DNA of 64,000 nucleotides from an uncultured Actinomycetes bacterium. Its GTDB lineage: Bacteria; Actinomycetota; Acidimicrobiia; Acidimicrobiales; JACDEA01. Location of the stretch: the NCBI GenBank assembly GCA_963742585.1, contig CAVUMI010000005.1, positions 172,984 to 236,983 of the forward strand. The letters are read 5' to 3'. Each line of letters opens with the position of its first letter. The stretch's first letter is position 1. A program made the translations under genes and the position numbers. This document shows, piece by piece, positions 17,790 through 30,857 of the stretch. The notes beneath the pieces are model-generated. The model was not told the origin of the DNA, ran no database searches, and was given only the letters and a program-made list of their open reading frames with translations.

Positions 17790-19956
17790 CCGACGTACTG
17801 GACGACGTCGAGGAAGTCCGCGTCCGCATGCGCGGCGTGGCTCGGGAGGCACTGGGCCTGCACGACGAGGCGCACACCACTTCACTGCGCGAAGGCCTGC
17901 GGTCTGCACGCGTCGGCTGGTACCCGCTGATCGCCCTCTCGATCCTGGTGATCGTCGACGAACTCCAGGGCTACGCGTTCTACGTCCTCGGGCCAGAGAT
18001 CGGCAACACCCTCGGGATCGGCAAGGGCGCGCTGGCCGGCCTGAGCACGCTGAAGATCCTGGCCATCACCCTGGCCACGCTCCCCACCGCCGCCTATATC
18101 CAGCGCCGGGGTCGCCGCGGTCTGATCAGCAGCGTGAGCGCGTTCGCGTGGAGCACGCTGACGCTGTTGACCGGACTGGTCTCCAACGCATGGGGCTTGG
18201 CCGGCGTTCTGCTCGCCGACGGTGCCAGTACCGGAACCGTGCGGGCTACCCACACGCCGCTGCTCATGGACTTCCACCCGCCGGAGACGCGCGTTCGGGT
18301 GTTGTCGTTCTACAGGGGCGCCGACGCCGTCGGAAACGTCATCGCGCCGCTCGGCGTCGGCCTGCTCACCGCAGTCCTCGGGTTCACGTGGCGCGGCGTG
18401 TTCATCATCCTCGGCGCCATCTCCCTTCTCGCCGCGCTCAGTCAGCATTCGCTTACGGGACCCAGGCGTTGGTAAGTGGGACACCGGCCAGGTCCGGGCC
18501 ACTATCACCGACGCCCCGCCCGCGCCGGAGAAGGTCAAGCTCGGCTTCTTCGAAGTCGTGCGCCGCTTGCTCATGATCCCGACGGTGCGCCGCATCCTCA
18601 CCGCCAGCGCAGTGCTCGGCATGTTCCTCGTTCCGCTCAACACGTACTTCTTCTTCTTCCTCGAGGAACGGTGGGGCCTGGGGCCGGGCGGCCGCGGCGC
18701 GTTCTTCGCGGTAATGCCGCTGTTCTCGATGGCCGCGTTCGCGCTGTTCGGCCGACGCGGAGAAGACCTTTTCCAGCGCGACCCAGCGGCCTTCGTCCGC
18801 GTCTCGGCGTGGCTGTTCGGCGCCGGCGCGGTGCTGCTTCCGGTGTCGGTGTACTCCCCGTTCCTCGCCGGGTTGGTGTTGCTGTTCGGCCTCTCGTTTG
18901 CCTGCTTCGGGCTGCTCGCCGTCTCCACGACGATGGTGATGCTGTCGATCGTGCCGGCCAGCATGCGCCCGCACGCGGCGGCTCTAGCCGGCATCTTCAC
19001 TGCCGCAGTTGGCGGCTTCGGGGGGATCCTGTTGCTGGGCGGGATGGAACAGGCGTTGGGCGCTACCGGCGCGATAGGCACGCTGGTGGTCCCCGGCGTT
19101 GTCTCGGCCATCGTGTTGTGGACTGCGGCGCGCACCGTCGATCACGACTTCGACATCATGGTCGACGAGTTGGTGGAGGAGGAGGAGTTCCGCGTCCTGC
19201 GCGAGATGGGCGCCCACCTTCCGCTGCTCGCCTGCCGCGGCGTCGACTTCTCCTACGGCCGGCTCCAGGTGCTCTTCGACGTGAACTTTGCGGTCGATGA
19301 AGGCGAGATGGTCGCGCTTCTCGGCACCAACGGCGCCGGCAAATCCACGTTGTTACGCGTGATCTCCGGGGTGGGCTTGCCGAGTCGGGGCACGGTGCGG
19401 CTCGACGGTGCCGACGTCACGTTCCTCGACGCCGAGCGTCGCGTCGGCGCGCGGTATCACTCAGATCCCGGGCGGCAAAGCGGTGTTCGGTCCCATGACC
19501 GTGCTCGACAACATGCGCGTCTACGGCTTCAGCCACGGCAGTCACCGGGCTGAAGTCGAACGGGGTATCGAGGAGTCGTTCGCCGCGTTCCCGCGCCTGG
19601 CCGAACGTCGCGACCAGTTGGCCGCGACCCTCTCCGGTGGCGAGCAGCAGATGCTGGCTCTGTCGAAGGCGTTCATCGTGCGGCCCCGCCTGCTCCTCAT
19701 CGACGAGCTGTCGCTCGGGCTGGCGCCGAAGGTGGTTGGCGAGCTGCTCGAGATGGTGCGGCGCATCAATGCCACCGGCACCGCGGTGGTGCTGGTCGAG
19801 CAGTCGGTGAACATCGCGCTGTCGGTCGTCGACCACGCGTACTTCATGGAGAAGGGCGAGATCAGGTTCGACGGCCGCGCGGCCGATCTGCTCGGCCGCG
19901 ACGACCTGCTGCGGTCGGTGTTCCTCGAAGGCGCGAGCAAGGGCTTCGGCAAGTGA
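17786..19956 (+). pseudogene. MFS-like membrane domain fused to LivF-type ABC ATPase; two +1 frameshifts (~18445, ~19450)
   Basis: The peptide runs ORF 17786 (frame 2) > ORF 18222 (frame 0) > ORF 19408 (frame 1). It contains Walker [10 protein letters not shown], signature LSGGEQQ and Walker B LLLIDELS. Confidence 0.75.
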
Positions 19957-22795
19957 TGCTCGGCGCACTTGAAATCGAGCGCGTCGACGCTCACCCTCGG
20001 CCTCATCACCGGGATGGCCTACGGCCTTCTCGCCGTCGGCCTGGTGCTCGTCTACCGGTCGAACAAGGTCATCAACTTCGCCCACGGCGAGATCGGCGCC
20101 TTCGGTGCCGCGTTCTTCGGCGTCGCCGTCCTCAAGTGGAACGTGCCCTACTGGGTCGCGTTGCCGCTAGCGCTCGCGGTCTCGGCGGCCACCGGCGCGG
20201 TCGCCGAAGTCGCCGTGGTCCGCCGGTTGCGGGCCGCGCCCAAGCTGATGTCGCTGGTCGCCACGCTCGGCGTGGCGCAGCTGCTGCTGTTCAGCTCACT
20301 GCTCGTCAGCGATGCCGTTCCCGCCGGAAGCCGGTTCCCGCAACCGAGCGGGCTGCCCACCTTCCACATCGGGCCCGTTCTCGTCACCCAGGCTTACGTG
20401 GGCATTCTCATCCTCAGTCCGCTGGTCGTCCTTGCCCTCGTTTTCTTCCTGCGGGCCAGCCGCTATGGGCTGGCCATGCGTGCCGCGGCGGCCAATCCCG
20501 AAGCGGCCCGGATGGCCGGCGTGTTCGCGGCGCGGATGTCGACGCTGGCGTGGGCCATCGCCGGCGGCGTGGCCGCACTCACGTCGGTGCTGCTGAAGCC
20601 CGCCCTCGGCTTTGTCGCCGCGGAGAGCCTCGGGCCCAACTTGTTGTTGCGCGCCTTGGTCGCCGTTGTCATCGCTCGGCTGCAGAGCTTGCCGATCGCG
20701 CTCGTCGCCGGCATCGGCGTGGGCGTGCTCGAGCAAGTGCTGATTCAGAGCTATCCGGATTCGGGCTCGGTCGAGCTCGTGCTCTTCCTCGTCATCCTCG
20801 GCACACTTCTGTTCCAGAGCCGTGGTGGCGGTCGCGAGGAGGACCGAGTCTCGTGGTCGTCGGTGCAACCCTGGCAGCCGCTGAGCGCGATGCTGCGCCA
20901 GTCGCGTATCGCCGGTTGCTTCGGCTCCGGGACCGGGCTCACCGCGCTGGCGATCGCCGCACTGTTGCCGCTGACGGTGTCGAACCAGACCGCGACGACC
21001 TACACCACGATCATTGCTATCGCCATCATTGGTCTGTCGGTCGGCATCGTCGCCGGTCTCGCCGGCCAGTTGTCGCTCGGTCAGTTCGCTCTCGCGGGCG
21101 TGGGTGCCACGGTGTCGATCCATATGGCCAACTGGACGGGCAACTTCCCACTGGCCTTCCTGGTGGCGGGTCTGGCGACCGCGGCGGCGTCGGTACTGAT
21201 CGGGCTGCCGGCCGTCGCGGATCCGTGGCCTCCTGCTGGCGGTCACGACGCTCGCGTTCGCGATCGCCGCCAGTGGCTGGCTGCTGCAGCAGCCCTGGAT
21301 GCTGGGGTCGGGTGAAGTTCCCGGCCGGCCGATCATCGCCGACCGGGTCTTCGACACCGGGCATACGTACTACCTCTTCTCGCTCGTCGTCCTCGTTCTG
21401 TGCCTCTTGCTCGCCCGGAACGTGTGGCGGTCGGGCCTCGGCCGCCGCCTCCGTGCCCTGCGCGACAACGAAGAGGGCGCCCGCGCCTTCGGCGTGGCGG
21501 CAACACGGGTGAAGCTCGAGACGTTCGCACTGGCCGGATTCTTCGCCGGCGTCGGCGGCGCGCTTTACGGCCACACGCCTCTCGCTGCTGAAGCCGAGCG
21601 ACTTCTCGATCACGGCCAACATCGAGGTGGTCGCCCTGGCGGTGATCGGCGGCATCGGTCTGCTGGCCGGACCGCTCATCGGCGCCCTCTACATCATCGG
21701 CCTACCCCGGTTCCTGCCCGGCATCGGCAGCTCGGGCCTGGCTGCGTCATCGCTCGGGTGGCTCATCCTCATCCTCTATTTCCCGGGCGGCCTGGCCCAG
21801 CTCGTGCGACCCGTGCGTGATCGCATCGTGCGGTTGGCGGGCCGGGCAACTGCGACCGCGCCCGACGAAGCCGAAGACATCGACACGGCCGCAGCACCGG
21901 TCGTATCCCTCGGTTCGATGAACCGCTCGGGGCTACGGGCGGCGGCGCTCTCCGCCGCCGAGCCGCTGCTCACCGCCACCGGGTTGGTCAAGCGGTTCGG
22001 CGGCGTACTGGCAGTGGATGGCGTCGACCTCGACGTCGTGCCGCGGTGAGACGCTGGGTCTCATCGGCCCCAACGGCGCAGGTAAGACGACGCTGTTCGA
22101 GCTGCTCGGCGGCTTCACCCGGCCTGACCAGCGGCGCCATCGCCTTCGCCGGCGAGGACATCACCCGGCTCACCCCCGAAGACCGCGCCCGCCTCGGCCT
22201 GGTGCGCTCGTTCCAGGACGCAGCCCTGTTCCCGACGCTCACAGTCATCGAGACGATCCAGCTGGCCTGCGAGCGGCAAGCGACCGACCCGCACGCTGCC
22301 GTCGCTGCTCGGCGCAACCACGGCCGATCGTCGCAAGGGGCGCCGGGCCCGCGAGCTGGTCGCGCTGATGGGTCTCGAGGCATATGCCGATAAGCAGACC
22401 GGTGAACTGTCGACGGGAACGCGACGCATCACCGAGCTGACGTGTGTCATCGCGCTCGAGCCCGACACTGCTGCTCCTCGACGAGCCGTCCTCGGGCGTC
22501 GCGCAGCGGGAGACCGAGGCGCTGGGCGAGCTGCTCGCCCGGGTGAAGCAGCATCTCGGCGCCACCCTTATCGTGATCGAGCACGACATGCCGTTGATCA
22601 TGGGAATGGCTGACCGCATCGTGGCCATGGACTCCGGCGCGGTGATCGCCGCAGGGCACGCCGGCCGAGGTGCGGGCCGACCCGCTCGTCCTCGAGTCAT
22701 ACCTCGGCGGCAGCGCGGTGGCCGTCGAACGCTCGGGCCTGCTGGCGAAGCCGAAGCCGGCGGCGAAGAAGGCAGCAGCAAAGGGGCGGGCATGA
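19956..22795 (+). pseudogene. fused branched-chain-amino-acid-type ABC permease/ATPase (LivH-LivM-LivG); at least 8 +1 frameshifts
   Basis: LivH signature VINFAHGEIGAFGA, LivM LSLGQFALAGVGA and IRGLLLAVTTLAFA, Liv[20 protein letters not shown] and LLLLDEPSSG. Frames step 0>1>2>0>1>2>0>1>2. The end ...TPAEVRADPLVLESYLGG...KGRA* overlaps the next ATG. Confidence 0.75.
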
Positions 22796-25346
22796 GCCTC
22801 TCCGTCCACCGGCTGCGCTGCGAGCACCTGGTCGATCCGCTCGGGATCGACACCACCGAGCCGCGGCTGAGCTGGCAGGTGCACGCGACGCGCAACGGCA
22901 CCGAGCAGGTCGCCTACCAAGTGCTGGCCGCGTCGAGCCCGGATCGGCTGGCCGCGGGCGTCGGCGACCTGTGGGACAGCGGCCGCGTTCGAGTCGGCCG
23001 AGTGCTCCTCGTGCCGTGGAACGGACCTGCGCTGGGAAGCCGTCAACGCGTGCACTGGACGGTGCAGGTGTGGGACGACGTCGGCGACTGCTCCGGGTAC
23101 GCGCCCGCCGCGTGGTGGGAGATGGGGTTGCTCGACGCCTGCGGACTGGAGCGCAGACGTGGATCGCCGCGCCGGAGCCGCACACCGAGTCGTCAGTGCA
23201 TCTACTTCCGCTCATCACTGGTTGTCGACGGACCCGTCCGCGAAGCGCGCGCCTACGCCACCGCACTGGGCGTGTACGAACTGACCGTCAACGGACATCG
23301 CGTGACGACGCGCAGCTTCCTCCCGGGATGGACCGACTACCACCAGCGGATCCAGTACCAGGTGCTCGACCTGACCGATGCGCTGGAGCCCGGCGAGAAC
23401 GAGATCGGCGCCGCGCTGGCCGACGGCTGGTACAGCGGCTACGTCGGCTTCGTCGGCGAACGCGAGCACTACGGCGACACCCCACAGCTACTCGTACAGA
23501 TCGAGGTCGAGACGGACGGCGGGCGAACGATTCTGCACGAGCAGTCCGAGGTGGCAGGCGGGCGACGGGCCGATCCGCGCCAGCGACATGCTCAACGGCG
23601 AGGTGCAGGACCTCAGCCTCACGGCAGGCAACTGTCAGTCGGCGCGGGTCACTGCGGGTACCGACGGCAGCGCGGGTGACCTCGCCGGCGCCGCCGGTGC
23701 GGTGTACCGAGGAACTGGCGCCGGCCAGCGTCGACGCGTACCGGCGCCGACTCGCACCTCGTCGATCTCGGCCAGAACATGGTCGGCACGCTTCGGCTGC
23801 GATTGGACGGGGTGGCCGGCACCGACGTGACGGTTCGTCATGCCGAGATGCTCGACGCCGACGGCGCGCTGTACCTCGAGAACCTGCGCGGCGCAGCGGC
23901 GATCGACCGCTATGTCCTCTCGCGGTGCCGGCGTCGAGATCTGCGAGCCGCGCTTCACCTTCCACGGTTTTCGGTATGCCGAAGTCAGTGGATGGCCGGG
24001 GGAGCTCGACGCCGCAGGACGTCACCGGTGTTGTTCTCGGCACCGATGTCGAACCGATCGGGTCCTTCGCCTGCTCCGACGACCGGCTCAACCAGCCTGC
24101 ACTCGAACATCGTGTGGGGCGCACGCGGCAACTTTCTCGAGGTGCCCACCGACTGCCCGCAGCGCGACGAGCGGCTCGGGTGGACGGGCGACGCGCAGGT
24201 GTTCGTCGAGACGGCGTGCTATCTCTTCGACACCTCGGCGTTCTACGCGAAGTGGCTGCGCGACCTGGTCGACGCGCAGTCCGACGACGGCGGCTTCCCG
24301 GATGTCGCGCCGCGAATCGTCGACCCTGCTGACGGTGCGGCCGGCTGGGCCGACGCCGGCACGATCGTGCCGTGGGTCGTGGCTCGGCGGTTCGGTGACG
24401 ACCGGCTACTGACCGACGCCTATCCAGCGATGCGCCGCTGGGTCGACTACGTGCACGCGGCCAACCCCGGGCTGGTCTGGCTCGAGCGGCGAAACAACGA
24501 CATGGGCGACTGGCTCAACGTGGGAGTCGACACCGACAAGGACCTGATCGCCACTGCTTTCTTCGCGCACAGCACGCGGCTCACGGCGCGAGGTGGCCGG
24601 CCGCGCTCGGCCTCGATGACGCGGCCGAGCTGCACGCGTTGGCCGACGCTATCGGCGCCGCCTTCCGCGCCGCGTTCATGCTCGACGACGGGCGGCTCAA
24701 GTGCGAGACGCAAACCGCCTACGCGCTCGCGCTGCGGTTCGGCCTCGTGCCCCACGACCTGATTGACCGCGGCCGTGGAGCAGCTGGTCGCGGACATAGA
24801 TCGGCGGGGGCACCTGACCACCGGCTTCCTCGGGGTGAACCACCTGTTGCCGGCTCTGTCGATCGGCGGTCGTCACGATGTGGCGTATCGCCTGCTCCTG
24901 CACGACGGCTACCCGTCATGGCTGTACAGCGTGAAGCACGGCGCCACCACGATCTGGGAGCGCTGGGACGGGTGGACGGCTGAGCGCGGCTTTCAGGATC
25001 CGGCCATGAACTCGTTCAATCACTACGCGTTCGGCGCGGTCGGCGAGTGGCTGTATCGCACCGCGGCGGGCATCGGCTTCGACGAGTCGGTCGCCCGGCG
25101 GCCGGGTGCTCGAGATCGCGCCACAGCCGGATCCCTCGCTTGGACTGGGTCGAGGCCACCTGCGACTCGCCGCTCGGGCCGGGTCGGCTGTGCCTGGCGG
25201 CGCGACGATGGAGGGACTGTCTCGATGACCGTCGAAATTCCGGTCGGGCGCGTCGGCGCGCGTGCGCGTGCCCGGCTCCGACGCGCCCGTCGAGGTCGGC
25301 TCGGGCCGTTACGAGTTCACCGCACCCCGCCGAGGAGTCCCGATGA
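22792..25346 (+). pseudogene. alpha-L-rhamnosidase (GH78); about 17 +1 frameshifts
   Basis: N-terminus MSLSVHRLRCEHLVDPLGIDTTEPRLSWQV. Later pieces include ALGVYELTVNGHRV, VDLGQNMVG, FTFHGFRYAEV, EVPTDCPQRDERLGWTGDAQVF and TIWERWDGW, spread over all three frames in strict +1 order. Confidence 0.8.
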
Positions 25347-26873
25347 CCACAGATCAAGCGTCCCGCCCTGGTCGCCGTGGTCGCGGTCGTGGCCATGCTG
25401 TCGGCGGCGTGCAACTCGACGAACCGCCTGGCCGACACCGCTTCACGGCAGTCAAGCGGTCAATGCCGGCGAAGGCCGGACACGGGGCTGGGCGGCGACG
25501 CTGGCCGGCGACCACGCCGACGCCGGGCGGAACCGGCGCGGCGCCGGCCACGGGCAGAACGGTGGGCTCCACCGCGCGTGCCGGCACCAGCGGCACAGGC
25601 GTGCCAGGGACGGCGGCGGCCGGCCCGGGCCAGATGGCGCCGGGCGTCACCGCTAGCGAGATCAAGATCGGCATCAACCTCGTCAAGGGCGGCGAGGCCA
25701 TGGGCAACCTCATCGGCGCCGCACTCAACTTCGGCGACACCGAGGCGCAGGCCAACGCGGTGGTCAACTACATCAACAGCAGAGGCGGCATCGCCGGCCG
25801 CAAGATCGTGCCGGTCTTCTACACCTTCGACCTGGCCCGACTCGGGACTGGCCGACGGCCAGTCCGAGCAGGAGGCCTGCGTGGCGCTGGACCGAGGACA
25901 ACCGCGTGTTCGCCGCCATCAACGTCGCACTGGCCCGCGTCAGGCCCTCCTCGTCTGTCTGGCCAAGCGGGGCGTGCCCGGCATCCACCTCGGCATGCCG
26001 ATGGACGAGCAGACGCTCAAGACGTACCGCGACTACTGGTACAGCGGCTACGGCGGCAGCGGGCCTCACCCTCGACCGGCTGGCCGAGAAGCAGGTGAAG
26101 GTGTTCGGCGCGCGCGGGTGGTTCGGTCCCAACGCGGTCGTCGGCATCGAGTACTTCGACGACCCGTCGTACAAGAAGGTGGTCGACGAGCAGTTCGTAC
26201 CGCTCCTCAAAGCGGCCGGGCGTCAAGAAGATCGTGCTGCAAGGCGCGCCCCGCGGCGGCACGCGAGGCCACCAGCTACGTCGTGCGCTTCCGCAACGAG
26301 GGCGTCACCAACGTGTTGTTCCTCGGCGAGGGCGGGCTCTACCCGCTGTTCTTCATGCGCGCCGCTGACACGCAGGGCTACTACCCGAAGTACGGGCTGA
26401 ACACCGACCAGGCGCCCGGCAGCGTCCTGCAGCGGACGGCGCCGGCTGCGCAACTGCGAAACGCCATCGGCATGGGGTGGACGCCGATCCTCGACGTCGA
26501 CGCGGCGCACGATCCGGGCCCGGTGAACCCAGCAACACGCTTGTGTCTCGACATCATGCGCAGGCGCCGGCCAGGACATGTCGGCGCGCCAGCCGCAGAT
26601 CACCGCGCTGGGCTACTGCCACGGCCTGTTCTTGCTGCAGCAGACGCGCTGGCGTCAGCCAACGCGACATCACCGTCGGCGGCCTGTCGCGCGGGCGTCG
26701 CCGCGCTCGGAACCAGCTTCGCCGTCGCCCGGCGTGTACGGCACCCGGTACAGCGTCGACTGATGCACGACGGCGTCGACGCGTACCGCGACTTCGTCTT
26801 CGACACGGGCTGCAAATGCTTCGTCTACACCAGCCCGCCCAAGCTTTTCCCCGTAGGAGGAAGCGCACGATGA
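25343..26873 (+). pseudogene. LivK-like ABC solute-binding lipoprotein; about 16 +1 frameshifts
   Basis: Lipobox VAVVAMLSAAC. The binding-protein core reads GVTASEIKIGINL...AVVNYINSRGGIAGRKIV...VVGIEYFDDPSYKKVV...VVRFRNEGVTNVLFLGEGG. Both ends are ATGA-coupled. Confidence 0.7.
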
Positions 26874-27737
26874 CACGCCCTGCACGAAACATCGACCTCG
26901 GCCGACGGCGACGGAGCTGCGCCAGCGGCTCGCCGAGCACGGGCTACATGTTCTTCCGCGGGCTCATCGATGCCGACGGCAGTGCTGCGACACCCGTCGC
27001 GCGGTGCTCGGGCGCGCTCGACGAGTGCGGATGGCTGGCCGACGGCTCGGATCTCGACGCCGCGCTGCCGTCGGACAAGGTTCGCCGGGAGGAGGCCAAC
27101 GCCGACCCCGCGTACTTCGAGGCCTACACCGCGATCCAGCGGCTTCAGGCGTTCCACGAACTGGCCCACGCCAAGGGCCTGGTGGCGACGATGGAGCGCA
27201 TCTTCGACGACGCGGTACTCGTGCACCCGCGCAAGATCGCCCGCATCGGCCTGCCGCGCGACGAGTTCGTGGTCGGCGCGCACCAGGACTACCCGCTCAA
27301 CCAGGGCACGCACCGACGTCCTTACCGCGTGGGTTCCGTTGGGTGCGTGTCCCGACGAACTGGGTGGGCTGCGCGTGCTCGCCGGCTCGCAGCAGCCGGG
27401 CTCTGGCCGGTCGAGGCGGTGCCCGAACGTCGGCGGGCTGCGCGTGGCCGACGAAGGTCGACGACGACGCCGGGATGGCTCACGACCGACTTCGAAGCGG
27501 GCGACGTGCTTGTGTTCCACAGCCTTACCGTGCATGCGGCCAAGCGGAACCACACCGACCGGCTGCGGCTGTCGGCTGACTTCCGCTACCAGGCGGTCGC
27601 CGATCCGATCGTGCGAGGACTCCCTCGTGCCGCATTACTTCCCCGTGGTGCCCGGCCACGACGAGCTGACCGCGGGCTGGACATCGCCAACGGCGGTGGC
27701 CGCTCCGGAAGGCCTTACGGTGGTCGCCGTCGTTTGA
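26870..27737 (+). pseudogene. PhyH-family dioxygenase; about 7 +1 frameshifts
   Basis: ELRQRLAEHG/YMFFRGLID, GAHQDYPLNQG, LTAWVPLGACPDELGGLRVLAGS and DVLVFHSLTVHAAKRN are read across frames. Confidence 0.65.
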
Positions 27738-27813
27738 CCCATTCGCCGGCCCACCCGAGCCGGTCCACTCACGTCTCATCCAACTCGTCTCAGGGCTTCC
27801 CGAAAGGACTCCA

Positions 27814-28980
27814 ATGGATCGACGCAGATTTCGTCAAGGCGGGTGCGGCCACGGCCGGGTTGTTGGCCACCGGCGCGTGGCGCCGGCCGGTCGCCGCCGC
27901 GCCGGGCGATCCGCTGCCGCCGCTGGCGTGGCTGCCCACGAGCCTCTCGCCGGTCCTCACCCACACCGCGGTTCCCTCCAACATCGAGACCCAGTGGAAT
28001 CACACCTCGGTTCTCCCTGCCGGCGCGCTGCTGGGCGCCGCGGCGATCGACAAGTGGTACCTGTTCCGGTGGACGCACGACACCAGCCACATCTACCTCT
28101 ACACCGCGCCAAAGATCACTGGGCCGTTCACGCTTATCCCCGGGTCGGCGACGCGCCCACCCCGTATCCCGCGGGCTACATCGTCGGCCACTTCTCCTCC
28201 GGCGACATCGTGTGGGATCCGGTTGGTAAGCAGTTCGTGTCGTCACCACACGGCGTGCAGGATCACATCGTCCCCGGCAACGCCGAGCCCATGCAGGACT
28301 CGTTCATCATCACGTCCAAGGACGGGCTCAACTGGGAGTGGGAGGGCGGTGACAACCGGCCGCGGCTGCGCTGCGGCGGACCTGGCACGCCCGATGGCAT
28401 CCACACCGGCTACGGCCGGTTGTTGCGGGACATGAACGGCAACATCACCACGCACCACGGGCGCTACTGGTGGATCTACCGGGCCCAGCAACTCGACGTC
28501 GGACATGAACCCGTTAGCGCCGACGTTCCGCGCTCTTGGTACGAAGTACACGCCGTATCTGGCCAGCGCGGCCAGCCTCAGCAGTGACTTCGACCAGAAG
28601 CAGAAAGCGTTCGACTCCTACACCTTGAACTCGGCCTGAAGCCTTCGGCTGCTTCCTGCGGGCCGGCGGCACCCATCACACCTACATCGGCCAGGGGCTA
28701 CCCGACCCGCCGATTGTTCCGACGAAGTCGGTGTACTACCGCACCCTGACGGACGACATGACGTTCGTCCCGGTGCCGATCGTCCCTGTCATGCCGACGA
28801 CGCCGCGGGGCGCCATCATCGACGACAGCACCGATCATCCGCGACCCGGAGACGGGGATGATCTACCTGTGTCACACCACCGCGGCGCTCAACCCCGACC
28901 CGAGCCTCACCTCCACAGTCGAGGTATGGGTGTACCGCGCCACCGAGCTCCCCCAAGTCCGCATCAAGCTGCTGCAGTAG
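27814..28980 (+). pseudogene. Tat-signal secreted protein of unknown function (possible beta-propeller glycosidase); at least 5 +1 frameshifts
   Basis: MDRRRF then a shift to VKAGAATAGLLATGAW gives the twin-arginine motif RRRFVKAG. Later pieces include KWYLFRWTHD, FIITSKDGLNWEWEG and the end VEVWVYRATELPQVRIKLLQ*. Confidence 0.55.
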
Positions 28981-29055
28981 TCGACTAGCCCTCGCCGAAC
29001 TGTCAGTGAAAACGTAGGCAAACCCCCGCCGCGATTCCGCTGTCAGTGCGTAGGA

Positions 29056-30853
29056 CTAGCCGACGGGGAAGTAGACGGTGTAGGGCTCGTCGATGACGCT
29101 GTAGAGCGGCACGAAACGGAAGCCGTTGTCGATGCCATGGGTGCGGTGGGTGTACTCCTGGAATGCGCCGTCGAGGGCGCGCTCGGCGTCCGGCCGGAGC
29201 ATCGTCGTCGGGTCGGTCGACATCACCGCGCAACAGGCGCTCGCCGTCGCACAGGCCGGCCAGGACGACCGGCCCGTCGACGAAGGCGACGGTGTCCGGT
29301 GCGTCGGGGAGCGCTGGCGCGACCACCCGGCGCGGGAGCTCGAGCCGCATCGTCGAGTGGTGCCACTTCCGGTGCAACCGATGGATCGTGCCCGGCGCGT
29401 TCGGTAGCTCGATCCGTTCACCGTCGATGTCGATCACGGCCGCGGCCGGCCAGCCAGCCGGGGAGTCGCAGCCCGATCGCGGTATCGGTTGGGCTGTCGC
29501 AGTCGACCGACAGCTCGACGACCATGGCGTCGGGGCGGCGGACGGGCCGCACGGCGCGGTAGTCGGCCTTGCCCGGGTCGCCCGGCCGTGACTCGAAGCT
29601 CTGGCGAACGCGCGACCGGCCCGCTCGGAGTTCGCTCGGCACGTACTGCGCGACGACGATGCCATCGGCGTCGTTGAAATAGACGTCATCGGCGTGTTCG
29701 GCGTGGGCTTGTACCAGCGTGGCCACGCAACACCAGAAGCTCTCGGTGGGCGTCGACCACGTCTTGCGGCCGCCGCCGCGCAGCGGCAGGTAATAGGTGA
29801 CCATGCCGGTCGCCGGGTGCTGCTGCGCCAGGATGCCGTTGTAGAGGTTGCGCTCGCGGTAGTCGGCGTATTCCGGGTCACCGGTCCAGCGGAGCAGGTA
29901 CGACGCCAGCCGGTTCATGTTGTAGACGGTGCAGTGTTCCTGGGTGGTGTCGCTCAACCGGGCCGACAGTTCGCCCGGCGCGGCCCATACCTCGGCGCTA
30001 GGTCTGACCGCCGGTGCAGAACTGGTCGCGACGCGTGACCGCGCAGTCCCAGTACGCCTCGGCGATGTCGCGCCAGCGCTGCTCGCCGGTGACCTCCCAC
30101 GCGCGGGCCGCGCCGTGCGCCTCGGGGATCGTCATGTTGGCGTGATGGTTGGTGAGGATGTCCTCGCCGGCGAGCAGCGGGTCGAAGAGCCGCCGCCGGT
30201 AGTAGCGGTTCATCAGCTCGAGGTGCTCCTCGTCCTTCGTGACGGCGAAGAGATCGGCCCACAGTTCGAGCATGGCGTTGGTCTCGAAGTCGAACAGCTC
30301 GTCGAGCTCGTCGCTGACTCATCGCGCCGGTCCACCGTGAGAACCACCGCGCTGCGTTGACCACGATGTCGAGAGCCTGCTCGTTGCCGGTGAGCCGGTG
30401 CGTCTCGAGGAGACCCATCAACGTCTTCTGGGCGACGTAGTGCGGCGCCCAGATGGGGCGGCCCTGCGCGATCCAGTGGAGGTACTTCTCGGGTATGCCG
30501 GCGACCCACTCCCCGCCGTTGGCCTCCTGGCAGCGACCCAGACCGGCGACGACCTCTTCGACCTGCGCGCCGAGCACCGCATCCGGCGCGACGATCGAGA
30601 CCCGTGCCGCGGCGGCCAACCAGTGGCCGACGAAGTGACTGCGCACCTGGGAGTTGGGCGACTCCCACCCCCAGTGGATGTCGCCGGGCTTCTCCGGCGG
30701 CCCCCACAGTCCCGCCTCGAAGAGGTGGTTCTGCAGCAGGTTCTCGGTGCGCAGGCTGCGGAGGTAGCGGTGGTTGAGGTCGAAGCGTTGCTGAAACAGC
30801 CCGGGCTGGAGCCGTACACGGCCGGGAGCGAACGGCTGGAAGACGTCGGTCAT
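29056..30853 (-). pseudogene. GH127 / DUF1680 beta-L-arabinofuranosidase-like glycoside hydrolase; 4 single-base insertions
   Basis: The peptide runs ORF 29954..30853 > 29998..30273 > 29418..29957 > 29003..29881 > 29056..29421 (ends mod 3: 1,0,2,1,0). The family-like stretch is ...CTVYNMNRLASYLLRWTGDPEYADYRERNLYNGILA...SFWCC. Confidence 0.75.
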
Positions 30854-30857
30854 GTGA

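Noticed and set aside
19953-24332. Very long track ORFs such as 19953..21512 (519 aa) and 22971..24332 (453 aa) as genes in their own right.
   Set aside because: They are mostly Arg/Pro-rich off-frame readings. They coincide with the true peptide only for short stretches between frameshifts, for example DVTGVVLGTDVEPIGSFACSDDRLNQ inside 22971..24332.
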